A stretch of DNA of 61,940 nucleotides, the filler included, from Stramenopiles sp. TOSAG23-3 (taxonomy: Eukaryota): the NCBI GenBank assembly GCA_900128585.1. It is 18 parts of 18 records of this genome, joined end to end, with 100 filler letters (N's around TTAATTAATTAA, not from the genome) between each part and the next. Parts side by side here need not be neighbours in the genome. Positions count along the whole stretch, not along the records: positions 31,139 to 34,484 come from LT644279.1; positions 34,585 to 37,928 come from LT644280.1; positions 38,029 to 41,365 come from LT644281.1; positions 41,466 to 44,800 come from LT644282.1; 14 more parts are not named here. The stretch is one strand, 5' to 3'. A program made the translations under genes and the position numbers. Positions 32,127-43,710 of this stretch are shown here, piece after piece. Below the pieces are notes generated by a model. It did no database searches and was not told the DNA's origin. It was given only the letters and a program-made list of their open reading frames with translations. The first letter of the stretch is position 1; each line of letters opens with the position of its first letter.

Positions 32127-34484
32127 TTACACGGTGATTTTGCTCAGGTCAAAAAGCTGAAGATTGAAATTATCCACCATTTCACCGAATTCACTAAGGC
32201 TTAAATCATGCCTACCAAGAAATTGACGAATGCTCTCGTCTTCGTTTTTCAACAGCGCAGCCATACCTGCCCCAATCCGTACCAGATGCCTTTGCCGAAC
32301 CATTTTCTTGTGTTTATGCGTTGCGTTGGGGACGAGCAACGGTACATCGTACTTGAGCGCGCACCCTGCACCATAATGGTAAAGCACATTATTTTCGTCG
32401 TCCTGGAGTTCCTCTGGGTTTTGCATATCTTTGCGTTCGGTGGCTAGGAAAAGGACGTCTAGATTGTCATAATACGCCACCGGGAAATGCCACTTAACCT
32501 CGTTCACTTTTTCTGGGTCGCCAGAGGCTATTTCAGGTTCTTTTTTGCCCTCTGTAGCTGCCTTTTCTTCTTCTGTTGATTGGGCTTCTTTGTTTTCAGG
32601 CTCGGGCTTCTTGTCACCTTGTTCTTCTTCATCATCGGCGTCGTCTTCTTGGTCAGTGACTGGTTTTGTCCCGAGAAGCTCGTGGTCCTTGCCGTCAAAG
32701 GATTTCCATTCGCTTTCCAGTAATTCAACAGCATCCGTCCAAAATTCTTCATCAGCTCCGATAACACCACCCAGCTTTTGCTCGGCTTTCAGATTCATTT
32801 TGAAGAAAGGTATTACACCAGATCCTTCAGCTAAAGCTGTACCGTGTGCTGAATTTGTGTCCAAAATTACCTCTTGCTCTGAAAGCCCACATGCGCGCTC
32901 TAATCCTCCAATTGTAAACGTGTGCTTACGTTTTGCTCTCCTTACCCCGACTCCAATTTCCTGAAGAAAGTCGCTATAATTGTGAATAAAGTAATCGCAG
33001 CAGTGCGAAACTTGTTCGTGGTTCAATATTCTTCCGGTAGTTATCAGAGAATACGCTACTTTCTTCATTTTTTCAGAAGCAGTTTTAAGGCCGGGAAGTT
33101 CACCGATGGTACCACTGTTTGTCCAGTCCGTCAGCTTTTTGCTGAACGATAACTTCAACTCTTTTATGTGTTTTATTCGAGTCGTCTGAATGGTTTTTGC
33201 AAATTGTCGATACTGAAATTCATTTTCATGGCGGAGCAAGAGTGCGTGTCGATATTGCACCTCATCTTCAAACCTGATACCTGTGCGGACATTGACGACA
33301 TCAATCGAGTTTTTTGGAAGCACGGAGAGACCCAAAAGCACGCAGGCATACGCAGTAGGAAAAAAATTGTCCCCGTTCGACTTTTCTGAGTCAATCTTGC
33401 TGCCCGCCCCCCCTAGTGTAGCGTTTGTCGAATTCCGCACGTTTCTCAAATTCTCCGAAAATTTCATCTTCCTCTCTATCGTGGTTTCCAAGGTTTCCTT
33501 CACGCCAGCATTATTCCCACGGCCAGGTAAAGGGCTCTTGGCGGCCTCAATTATAAACTTTGTAGAGGGGTTGCCCGCAAAAATTACTTCTTTTAACCAA
33601 CTGTTTGCGCTGCTCATCGCAACTAAATTTCGTAAGCCGTCTACCCGTATTTGACACTGGGATACATCCAAGGACTCTAATCCCCATCCCCCACCGTGAC
33701 AACGATTGTGGGGATGAGCTAGGCATTTTGCAATGATTTTGGCACCACGATCGCCAAGAGCCGTTCCCCGCAGGCTTAGATGCCTCATGGTGCTGCGACC
33801 AGCAACACTATGGATTAACGCGATTAGGCCATCCATCCTACCGAAACCTTTTGTAACCAGTAAATCCGCGACATCGTTGCCGTCCAAAATCAACTCTTCT
33901 AATCGGCATACTCGGCCACGTGGCTGAACCTCTACAACAGCCCCCAAGCCGACGTACGAGCCAACCAGACTGCGGATGCGACATCGAGGTACACTCAGTT
34001 CAATGTATTCACCCGAATCAATAGGCTGGGTAAACGTTTTTGCAGCTGGAATTTTGTTCACTACTTGGTGGTTTTCTGCAAACATTTTTACATCATAGGA
34101 CTCTGTTGCACGGAAAACTCTTGCAAGAGGGGCAAATACAACTGCTCGTTTGTACCCTTTTCGGAAAATTTGGTAGTCAAACGTTGTAGATTTGTCGTAT
34201 TCGTTGCTGAAATTGTTCAATGGTTTGTTCCGCAAAAATTTAAAAGGGACCATTTCGAAGTATTCCTCGTTCTCGCTGTCTTCAACTTCGAACGTAATAG
34301 TGCCAGCTTGGTGATTCGTTGTAATGCCATTGCTTGTGTCTTTTACGTTCCCCAGCTTTTTGCCTGTTCGTATATGCCAATAAAACTCTTCCCCCGTAAC
34401 GTCTTTCTTAATAACTACCTCGCCCATGCGATAGGTTTTTTGGGTTATATACTGCACTTGCGCTTTTTCGTACCCCTTGCGATT
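32127..34484 (-). CDS. RI-like leucine-rich-repeat protein, 5'-partial
   Basis: LEELILDGNDV, MRHLSLRGTALGDRGA, LESLDVSQCQIRVDG, LKEVIFAGN; frame open to the contig edge. Confidence 0.8.
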   Translation of the reverse strand, partial: NRKGYEKAQVQYITQKTYRMGEVVIKKDVTGEEFYWHIRTGKKLGNVKDTSNGITTNHQAGTITFEVEDSENEEYFEMVPFKFLRNKPLNNFSNEYDKSTTFDYQIFRKGYKRAVVFAPLARVFRATESYDVKMFAENHQVVNKIPAAKTFTQPIDSGEYIELSVPRCRIRSLVGSYVGLGAVVEVQPRGRVCRLEELILDGNDVADLLVTKGFGRMDGLIALIHSVAGRSTMRHLSLRGTALGDRGAKIIAKCLAHPHNRCHGGGWGLESLDVSQCQIRVDGLRNLVAMSSANSWLKEVIFAGNPSTKFIIEAAKSPLPGRGNNAGVKETLETTIERKMKFSENLRNVRNSTNATLGGAGSKIDSEKSNGDNFFPTAYACVLLGLSVLPKNSIDVVNVRTGIRFEDEVQYRHALLLRHENEFQYRQFAKTIQTTRIKHIKELKLSFSKKLTDWTNSGTIGELPGLKTASEKMKKVAYSLITTGRILNHEQVSHCCDYFIHNYSDFLQEIGVGVRRAKRKHTFTIGGLERACGLSEQEVILDTNSAHGTALAEGSGVIPFFKMNLKAEQKLGGVIGADEEFWTDAVELLESEWKSFDGKDHELLGTKPVTDQEDDADDEEEQGDKKPEPENKEAQSTEEEKAATEGKKEPEIASGDPEKVNEVKWHFPVAYYDNLDVLFLATERKDMQNPEELQDDENNVLYHYGAGCALKYDVPLLVPNATHKHKKMVRQRHLVRIGAGMAALLKNEDESIRQFLGRHDLSLSEFGEMVDNFNLQLFDLSKITV

Positions 34485-34584
34485 NNNNNNNNNNNNNNNN
34501 NNNNNNNNNNNNNNNNNNNNNNNNNNNNTTAATTAATTAANNNNNNNNNNNNNNNNNNNNNNNNNNNNNNNNNNNNNNNNNNNN

Positions 34585-37500
34585 TTTATGAATTTTTGCA
34601 AAGACCTAACCGATCATATCTGCCGCTCTGTATTGAAGTACAACGAGTACCAGGAATGTGGTAGGGTCTACCCACAGGAGCTGCTGGACACGTTTATGAA
34701 AATGTTGGACTTAATGATAAAGTTGGACGCGCTGAAAGATTTGAAAGTTTGTTTGAAGAATGATTTTGCTCTGTACAAGCGCGCCCTTCACGTTCTGAAA
34801 AGCAGCTTGCAAGAAACGGATCAGTTGGAAAAAGAAGTGCACCGTGTCCAAATGTTTTTGTCGCACCCTGCACACTCGAAAGGGTATGTAATGGCCATGC
34901 TGAAAGATAAACTGCAGGGCGTCAAGGGCGGTCACTCGGCCATGCTGACGCGGGTGATTGAAGCCTGCTTCAGGGAATCTACTAACAGCAGCCAAAAGCA
35001 GAACTGTCAATTTTCTCACTCCAAACGCTACCGACCGCATCGCATTTTGCCCCACATTTTTTGGCTGGTCGATGAGCTTGGTATCGAAGGCAGTAGCAGT
35101 GCGACCAACGTTTTCAAAACAAAATCGTTCATGTTTGACAAATGCATTTCGGTTTTCAAGCGGTACCCCGTCGTACCACTTATGTTCGAAATGTACATGA
35201 ATGTTGTGAACGTCTTGAGGAAATGTCCGAATTACGATGCTAGAAGCTTGGGGAAAGCCTTGAAAGTCTCTGCGAGCGTCAAGGCATCGTATATTCTCGT
35301 GGGAAAGAAGGTTCAAAGTATTGTCCGTAATCAGAGTGCAACGTTGAAACAGCTCGAGGACATTTGCTCGAAGCTGCAACCGTTAAAGTTTGACAATGCC
35401 CCCGGAGAAACGGTCCTTTCAGAATCAACCCCTGACCTGACCAGCAAAGACTGCGCCCTTGCGTACGCAGCGTCCCGGGACGCCCTGATGGCACTCAGCA
35501 ACGGCGCTGCCTCGGTGGTGACACAGGCGTCGTGGAAGTATGCAAACCCAGTGGGAATTGCAACGAGAAAGAATAGCTCGGCTCAACAGCAGAATGTAAA
35601 TGACTATGCGCGCTGCGTGCTGCACAATTACAACGCCGAAGAGAAGGATGGGCTAATTGAAACGATATCCAGTTCAAAGTGCCTAGCGCACGCCTTGCAG
35701 CAACAAAGTTACTGCTTGCAGCCTGCGATACGTCAATTTGTCTACGAGACGCTGCAGACGTTTGCACACGAAACGCTGCAGACAATGTTACGAAAGGCGT
35801 ATAAAAGCAACAAGAAAGAGACTGTGGCTCAATGTTTAATGCTTCAGAGGATTGTGACCGAGTGGGTCAACGGCAAGGAGCCGTACGACATGTTCACCCT
35901 TAGGCGCAAGGAATGGAACAAGCGCGCGGGCGTCTACAAGTGGACTCCAAAACAAGCGGGGGCATCACTCCCACAACTGCTGCTCATAAAGGTTTTGTTG
36001 GGCAATATTTTAGACGATTCTTCCGAAGCTATGGTGAAGTCTGAGGGGTTCTTCAAATCTCGTGTGTTCACTGCCGCGGTCATTTCAAAGATCGAATCGA
36101 TGTACCAGGCAGTAGGCGAATTTTATCACATGCTCTCGATTAGGGACACCACGAAGAATTTATGCAATTTTTCATGCCTTTGGTTTCGCGAGTTTTACTT
36201 AGAAATTTCCAAACAGACTCAATTTCCAATTGCCCTGTCATTACCATGGATATTGACCGAGCACATCATTTTTAAACCTGGAACGCCAAACATGGACAAG
36301 ATATTTCATGTGCTGGACGTGTACAATGATGTTGGGTCTCTATCCCTGCAGGAACTTGGACAGCAGTTTTTTTACGACGAAGTGGAGGCTGAGGTGAACC
36401 TAGTATTTGACCAGCTTCTTTTCATGATCAATCGTCATCTTTACGGGTACTTCAAGAACATTGCTGCTTCACTGCAAATCAAAACCGAGCTGCTCGCCGC
36501 CCTAGAGGCTAAGCACAAACGGGTGCTAACCCCACAGAAAAACGAGACTTACTTCACGATTATCAACACCCGAAAAGTCATGCTCTTGGGTAGACAGCTG
36601 GACTTGCACAAAATCTTGGCGCACACGCTCGAAAACGAATTTTATCGAGACGTAGAGAAATGCTTTGGCACGCTCGAGAAGCACGACCTTTGCAACATCA
36701 TTCAATTCGACGCATTGCTGCGAGTACTCGAACAAACGCACAAAATAATTTCTGAATATTTTCCAATTTTGCCTTACCAGCAAATTATCCACACGATTAA
36801 TGAATCTGTGAGCCTGAGGCGGCAGCCGGGACGGCTGGCAGCTTTCGTCTCGAGCGACATTCATGCGAACGTACTCCCCAATATGGTCTACTACAATTCT
36901 CGCAGCTCTTGCTTGGTTTACAATAGGATTGCTGGGGCAACCAAACAAAAATATTTAAGGGGGTTGCGGAAAAAGTCAAATGCACGAAAGTCACACTTGC
37001 ACTTCGGGTCAGCCTACCATGAATTTTTTGAGACAGGCTACAAATTTAGAGAACTTCATCTGTCACAGTCACATGTAAGAACAATGTTCAAGGTTTTGCG
37101 GCCTTACGGTTTAAAGCTAGTCCTAGGGGATTTGTTGGACAACTTGGAAAATCATATGGAGAACAAGATTTGTCCATACCTCAAAGCCCTGCTCCCTGGA
37201 GTCAAACCTGTAATTTTGCCAAATTTTCAGATGCTCACAAACATAAACTATCTTGCTGTCGAAGCGACCGTAAAGGGATTCTTTAAATTCTCCGATGTCA
37301 CTGGTGAAGTTCTAAAAGCATTACAAGAACTGGGAAATTTGATCGGTTTGTTGCGAATGTTTGATATGGCACTGGAAAATGAGGCCGACAACGACGACAT
37401 AAGAATGGTTGTCCCTGAATTGAAGAGGAAAAAAAAAAAGAAAGCCAAGCACAACGAGCCGTTGTACGACGCTTTCGCGAAAGCAGAGACGGTTTCGCCC

Positions 37501-37928
37501 CCCCCCAAACGATTCCACCAAGAAAGACGATGATTCGGAGCAAAAAGAGGTTCCGTTTATTCCAGAGAGTGACTCTTCCTTTCTGAAAAAAGGATTAAAA
37601 ATTGTACATAATGTTTTGAATCGAGACATGTCATCAGAGAGTTTCGAAGGATTTCAACACAAAACACTCTTTAGCGATCGGCTTCCCCGGCTGTTTGGTT
37701 CCCTGTTCTTTATTTTTTGTCGACCCTCATCGTACATTATTGGCAAAGAAAAACGAACAGGTACTCAGATCCTCTACGATCACCACGGCGAAGGACTTTT
37801 TCTAGGAAGCTGCGCTTTAATTTGCGGTCTTGGAATATTGGACTCATTTCGTGATAAGAGCTATAATTCCCACATTTTAAAAGTTAACTTATTTGAAAAG
37901 ACCCAAGAGAAAACGCCACAGCGAATCG
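34585..37928 (+). CDS. CYFIP: CYFIP/Sra1/PIR121 homolog (WAVE/SCAR complex subunit), partial, with a +1 frame break near 37500
   Basis: LDALKDLKVCLKNDFALYKRA, LWFREFYLE, QFPIALSLPWILTEHI, YDEVEAEVNLVFDQL; CYFIP-like C-terminal segment (RLFGSLFFIFC..GEGLFLGSCALI..HILKV) lies in the +1 frame. Confidence 0.9.
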
Positions 37929-38028
37929 NNNNNNNNNNNNNNNNNNNNNNNNNNNNNNNNNNNNNNNNNNNNTTAATTAATTAANNNNNNNNNNNNNNNN
38001 NNNNNNNNNNNNNNNNNNNNNNNNNNNN

Positions 38029-38107
38029 AAGAAAGAAGAAGAAGAAAAAAAAATAATCAAAAAAACGAATAGAGATTATTTCAAATGAATTTTTTTTTAA
38101 AGCAACA
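38029..38107. repeat. 79-bp terminal inverted repeat, left copy
   Basis: Exact reverse complement of 41287-41365. Confidence 0.95.
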
Positions 38108-38221
38108 TGATCTTCTTTCTTCAAATGTATTTACTCAAGAGCAAGGGCGTCCTTTCATTTTTATTTCTACGCACCACATCGTCGTTGTTTAGAGAGAGAA
38201 TACAACTTGGACGAACAAAAC

Positions 38222-40288
38222 ATGCACCATGCTAGAAGGTTCTTAATCAGGAAGGGGGGGGTACTGTCGAAGCGGGTGAGCGTGCCCCAGCCCCTCCTTG
38301 CCGGGGCGGCGCCACGCCAGTTCTTTGCCCCGCTGCAACACGCAGCTGGGGCGCGGCCGCACGGGTTTGCTAGTGGATCGAAAGGAGGAGGGGGCGGAAA
38401 GTCTAAAATCCCGAAAGACGGGGCAACGCCAACGTGCTCGAAGTGCAAGATTCCAATGACGTTCTACGGGTATGGGTCGAACGGCGACGACCCTGCCCCA
38501 TTCCCCATCTTCACCTGCAACCAGTGCGGGCTGAACTTGATCCCCAAAAGCGCCGACCTTAAGCTGGGCAAAGAGGCCTCCAATAGGGCGGAGACGAGCG
38601 TATCGGACGCTGTTCAAGACGCGCACAAGACGTACAAGAAGAAGTTTCGCGAACACATGCACCACAGTGCCAGCAACCCAACGACCCAGAAACTACAGTA
38701 CACCAAGATCAAGGGCAAGTTCCCTGCCTCGGCCAAGCGGGCGGGGCTGGAGGCTGGGGGCGCGGACGGGAAGGAGCGGGAGGGCCAGGCGGCTGCCGAA
38801 AGCGCGCCTCCCCCGGTGTCGGAGGAAGAGATCCCAGCAACGAGCATGACGCCCGTGGAAATATACAACTCGCTGGACCAGTACGTGATTGGGCAAGAGC
38901 GGGTGAAGAAGATCCTGAGCGTGAGCCTGTTCAACCACTTTCAACGGATCCGTTTCAACTTTCGGGAGGAGGACGACGACGAGGTGGAAACACGTCGAAT
39001 GCAAGACGTGGGCGATTTTGGTGGCGCCAGGCGGGGGAGCACCGCGGCCGGCGCGTCCTGGACACTGTACAATGCCCCGGAAAACCCACGGGTCACCAAG
39101 CTGGACGGGGACGACCAGCGGATTATGCAGGAGCAACTTTTGGCAGCGACTAGGTACCAGGCCCGCATGATGAAGGAGCGGCCCGGGCGCTACGGGCGTG
39201 GGGGCGCACTGGGCGGAGACGGTCATAAGAAAACGAGGCGCCCGGTGGGCGGCGGGGACGACGGCGACGTAGAGCTGGAAAAGCCGAACGTGCTGATCTG
39301 CGGCCCGACCGGGACGGGGAAGACCCTGCTGGCGAAGACGCTGGCGAAGATGGCGAAAGTGCCCTTGGTCATCGCGGACGCGACGTCACTCACCCAGGCC
39401 GGGTACGTCGGGGAAGACGTGGAGTCCATCCTGCTGAAGCTGTACCAGGAGGCGGGGCACGACCTGGAGCTGGCAGAGCGCGGCATCGTGTACATCGACG
39501 AAGTCGACAAGATTGGAAAGCGCGACATTGGGATGAGCCTGTCCCGCGACGTGTCGGGCGAGGGGGTCCAGCAGGCCCTGCTCAAGCTGTTAGAAGGCAG
39601 CGTGGTCAACGTCCCGATGAAGCGGCGCAACCCCAACTCGGAGGTGGTGCAGATGGACACGCGCAACATTTTGTTCATATGCGGCGGCGCGTTCAACGGC
39701 CTGACGGACATAATCGCAAAGCGTGCGGTAAACAAAGGGATCGGCTTCAACGCGAGCGTCTCGACGTTCTCGGACAACAGCGACATCCGGGAAGAGAACG
39801 ACCTGTTGGGCATGGTGGACCACATGGACCTGACGAAGTTCGGCCTGATCTCCGAGTTCGTCGGCCGGTTCTCGCTGGTCGTGAGCACGAAAACGCTGAC
39901 CGAGGACCAGTTTGTACAAATATTGACAGAGCCAAAGAACGCTCTGGTGAAGCAATATAAGGAGCTCTTTGGGCTGCAGGACGTCGAGTTCCACGCGACG
40001 GAGGGGGCACTGCGCGCCTGTGCCCAGCACTCCATGTCGCGGGGGACGGGGGCCCGGGGCCTGCGCACGATTTTTGAAAATGCACTCATCGACGCAATGT
40101 TCCTCGTGCCGAGCACCGAGAACGTGAACGCAGTCTTTGTCGACGAGCACACGATTAACAACGACGGCCCGGCCAAGCTGCTCACGAACGACCTGACGCT
40201 GGAGAAGTACTTGGCGAGCGTGGAGGAGAACGGCGAGAGCGACCTTGACGGAAGCGATCGGGTGCTGGACGCCGTCGTCGCCCACTGA
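38222..40288 (+). CDS. clpX: Mitochondrial-type ATP-dependent Clp protease ATP-binding subunit ClpX
   Basis: Basic presequence; CSKC..CNQC; YVIGQE; GPTGTGKT; TQAGYVGEDVESIL; IDEVDKI; RDVSGEGVQQALLKLLEG; IGF loop; GARGLR. Confidence 0.96.
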   Translation: MHHARRFLIRKGGVLSKRVSVPQPLLAGAAPRQFFAPLQHAAGARPHGFASGSKGGGGGKSKIPKDGATPTCSKCKIPMTFYGYGSNGDDPAPFPIFTCNQCGLNLIPKSADLKLGKEASNRAETSVSDAVQDAHKTYKKKFREHMHHSASNPTTQKLQYTKIKGKFPASAKRAGLEAGGADGKEREGQAAAESAPPPVSEEEIPATSMTPVEIYNSLDQYVIGQERVKKILSVSLFNHFQRIRFNFREEDDDEVETRRMQDVGDFGGARRGSTAAGASWTLYNAPENPRVTKLDGDDQRIMQEQLLAATRYQARMMKERPGRYGRGGALGGDGHKKTRRPVGGGDDGDVELEKPNVLICGPTGTGKTLLAKTLAKMAKVPLVIADATSLTQAGYVGEDVESILLKLYQEAGHDLELAERGIVYIDEVDKIGKRDIGMSLSRDVSGEGVQQALLKLLEGSVVNVPMKRRNPNSEVVQMDTRNILFICGGAFNGLTDIIAKRAVNKGIGFNASVSTFSDNSDIREENDLLGMVDHMDLTKFGLISEFVGRFSLVVSTKTLTEDQFVQILTEPKNALVKQYKELFGLQDVEFHATEGALRACAQHSMSRGTGARGLRTIFENALIDAMFLVPSTENVNAVFVDEHTINNDGPAKLLTNDLTLEKYLASVEENGESDLDGSDRVLDAVVAH

Positions 40289-40612
40289 CGCGCGAGGGGC
40301 TCAAGAAAAAGCGTGTGCAGTCTCGTAAAACTGTGTAAGATTTTTTACCATATGGTTCGGGATAATTTCAAAGTTAAAAATGTACGTAAAATAAAATAGA
40401 GAGAAAGCGTGTGCTTGCTCAGAATTAGATGCACTGTAATACATGTACGTATTTTCTTCCTGTGTTTTGTTCCTTCTTGCAATGTGTGGGTAGTGCGCGT
40501 GCGCCCTCTCGGGGATGGACTGCGAGAAGCGAGCCCATCCGTCAGTTCTTTCGCACCAACTCGTGCCCGTCCGCGCCCTTGCACTCGCACTCCTCGCCAC
40601 GCCGCGCCCTCT

Positions 40613-41209
40613 CTATCCCGAGATCAATATCATCCAACTAATAACCAAGTAAAACAGTACTACCGGGTACACGGCCAAGATCTTCCGCTTGGCGTCGATC
40701 ATTTGCGATATGAACACCACGCTCGCCCTGGTGGACCAGAACATGCAGACGGAGGTGACCACCAACCGCCACATCCAGTTGGACCACAGGTAACAGAGGA
40801 CGCTGCCAATGTTCAGCGGAAACATGCAGTAGCCTAGAACACAAACGCTTTGGAAAAATGATATTTTGCCCCCTAACAACTGGGCGTTGAAGGTCACGAC
40901 GGCGCTGCCGACCCAGAATATAAAGAAAACGCTCGAAAACAAAAGCATCTCCTGCCCGGCAGGCGCGCCCGTGCTCAGCACGATCGACAGCAGCAGGCAA
41001 AGCAGCAACGGACCCCACAAATCCCACTGCCGCAGCTCCCTGAGAGTTTCCTCCTGGTTGCTCTGCGGGCGCAAGACCACCCTTAGCTTTATGTAAATCT
41101 TATTCAAATCGCGCATGATCGTCTCGGACACGGGCTCGTCTAAAGAACCGACGGAGGACCCGACCGTTGCCCCACGGCCGGTGTCCATCGCACCAGATAA
41201 CTCTGCCAT
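40613..41209 (-). CDS. YIPF6: Yip1-domain Golgi membrane protein (YIPF6-like)
   Basis: LDEPVSETIMRDL, LRQWDLWGPL, LLGGKISFFQSVCVLGYC, LAVYPVVLFY. Confidence 0.92.
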   Translation of the reverse strand: MAELSGAMDTGRGATVGSSVGSLDEPVSETIMRDLNKIYIKLRVVLRPQSNQEETLRELRQWDLWGPLLLCLLLSIVLSTGAPAGQEMLLFSSVFFIFWVGSAVVTFNAQLLGGKISFFQSVCVLGYCMFPLNIGSVLCYLWSNWMWRLVVTSVCMFWSTRASVVFISQMIDAKRKILAVYPVVLFYLVISWMILISG

Positions 41210-41286
41210 GGTGGTGATGATGATAATAAAAGGAAATAAAAGTGAACGGAAACGTATACAATCTGTTGGTTGTATTGTATCTTTCT

Positions 41287-41365
41287 TGTTGCTTTAAAAA
41301 AAAATTCATTTGAAATAATCTCTATTCGTTTTTTTGATTATTTTTTTTTCTTCTTCTTCTTTCTT
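41287..41365. repeat. 79-bp terminal inverted repeat, right copy
   Basis: Exact reverse complement of 38029-38107. Confidence 0.95.
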
Positions 41366-41465
41366 NNNNNNNNNNNNNNNNNNNNNNNNNNNNNNNNNNN
41401 NNNNNNNNNTTAATTAATTAANNNNNNNNNNNNNNNNNNNNNNNNNNNNNNNNNNNNNNNNNNNN

Positions 41466-43080
41466 GCACACGAATGATCGGTTTGTTGTTTTGATCAACC
41501 ACACAGCGAAACTGAGCCAGGTCTTCCTCGCTTATCTGAGCGGCCATTGTACCAAGCGTGCTTTTGAGTACATTACGAAGAGGGTCAAGCTTTGAATTCA
41601 ATGCCACTAAGTGCCTCAAGTGGTTTTCGCTCGTTTGCTTGTAGCGCCACTTAGACATATTCATGTACGCCCGAGCATATCGACTTGCCACAAGGGCATC
41701 AGTGGTGTGTTTTTGGTGCTCTCGAATTTGCCCTTGTTCGTGTTCCGCTTTCTGTTCGAGGACTTTGACATTTGACCGCAACGAATTAATCATGATTAGT
41801 TTCTGTTTACCTTCGTCAACAGCAAGCCCATTAGCCCTAGCTCTTACTAAGCCTCGTAGGTTGTGCTTCTCTTCGCTCTCGCAATTTTTTCCGACTGACT
41901 TTGACATTAGAAAAGCCTGGACAACGTCATCGTGCTTGTTAATTTCAAGCTTCAAATTATAGTGCCCGTAAGCGCGCGCTTGTACAACTTTACTGTAGGC
42001 AGAGTTTGTTTCCGTGCACAATGCCTGTTTTGCTCGAAAATTACCACTGCGGTTCCATCTTCTTTGCGATTTCGGTCTTGTCGGGGCTGTTATAGGTCGT
42101 GCATCGGCATGAAGCAAATTTGTCAAGTTCGAATGGCCTTGTCGAACTCTGTAACTTGTTGTTGGCCTGTGCTGATCTATTGCATCTTTGAGGGCCCTCT
42201 GCAAAACGACAGTGTCGTATTCTACTTGTTTCTGTGCCATTGCTGAATTAAACGCGGTCATGTAATTTGAATGGGAATGGTATCTAAAGTGCTTGTGGGC
42301 TCGACCTGCATGTGGCTTTTCTACTAGTCTTTTCTCGACCAAAGTGACATTATTGGTTTTGCTCTGTGGCCTAGTTGATGGGTACTCGTTTGGATTACGA
42401 GCACTGAGGGGGCGGTGGTACTGAAACACGCCATGCTCATTTTGTGGAATTGCTAATTTAAAATTTTGGCGGGATTTTAGTGACAGAGGGATTTTGTCTT
42501 GGTGTTTAGACCGACCCTCTTTCGACCGAAACGATCTAGGGGATAGGAAGAACATCTCTTCCGTTTCTATTGGTCTCATGAACACCGCTGGGGTAAGATT
42601 TCTAGGGGTCGCGTTGAACAATTTGTGAGACGTTGTCGATGATGGGGGCGGGCGCCACGGTTCCTTCGATTTTGTAATGCGCTTCCGGGTATTGTTAGGC
42701 GCGGTCATAGGGCGTCTAGAGGAGCGCTTGGTGCTAAATTCCATAAATATTTTTTGTTTCCGTCGTTTTTCATCTGTTTTTGTATCGGTAATGGTCTGAA
42801 GTAACGTTCGCATGTCATTGGCTAGCTGGTTGTCACGCTTTTCAGACTCCAATTTTTGAACTTTAAATTCTTTCCTTAGTTTAGTTGCCATGGCCTGTCT
42901 GACCACATTCCTCTTCTTCTCTTGTTCAACATTTAAATCTTGAAGGGGTTCCTCCATTGGCATAGCATTTTCGGAGCTCACGTCGTTGTCTGGTTTGTCT
43001 TGTTGGGGTTCTGGAGTTTCCCCATTCGTCTTGTTGCCTCCTTGATTCTTCTTCTTTTCACTTTTTCCCAATTTCGCCAT
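41466..43080 (-). CDS. Hypothetical basic coiled-coil protein with RPx(T/S) motifs, 3'-partial
   Basis: Long ORF; RPMTAP, RPLSA, RPQS, RPTTS, RPITAP, RPKS; first ATG at 43080. Confidence 0.7.
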
Positions 43081-43710
43081 GACAGCCAACAGGAAGGTTA
43101 GTATCCAATGGATTGCGATTGGTTCCTTCACCAACTCGTGTACAAAATCGCAAATTTTAAATAGTTCCCCTTAGATTTTTTTTATACTTTAAAACCTACT
43201 GCAATAATTAATGCTCGCTCGAATGACATTTTGATGACTATTGTTACTTTTTTGTTAAAAGAAGATGATGATATGATAGACGCGACGAGACGACGAGACT
43301 CTTCTGTGCTCTAAAATATATTAGACGACTATATGAAAAATATGCGTTTCAACGATGAAGTCATAATATTATATTTATATAATAAATGTAACCCACAATT
43401 ATTCTCAACACACAACATGCTATTTGATGTATATATAATATGTTGCTTTTTCATTTTTCCATTTTAAGACTATGGTGAAAGAGTGGTGAAAGAGTGGTGA
43501 AAGAGAGCGAGTGTAATGCCGAATCTCTATATAATGTGTTTACTTAAACGTAATAAAGTATGAGGAGCTAACGTCTCAATATTTGGTACCCTATCTATAT
43601 TGACTGTAAATTTTAAATTAAATTCTGCTTGACTTTATCTTTAAGGTAATCAAAACATTGAATTATAAGTGAGGATATATATGGTTTTTCATCAGAGATG
43701 AAAAGCCAAG

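Noticed and set aside
39223-40285. Long antisense or alternate-frame ORFs over clpX, RUS1, RF2 and the F-box gene
   Set aside because: Shadow ORFs expected from codon bias, especially in GC-rich genes; no motifs
38222-40288. clpX (and RF2) as bacterial contamination
   Set aside because: Both have N-terminal presequences, no operon context and eukaryotic neighbours or flanks; RF2 lacks the bacterial programmed frameshift
43472-43506. Short local tandems (TGGTGAAAGAG x3; TACTCTG repeats near 46095; CT run near 59200)
   Set aside because: Ordinary slippage repeats not shared between contigs
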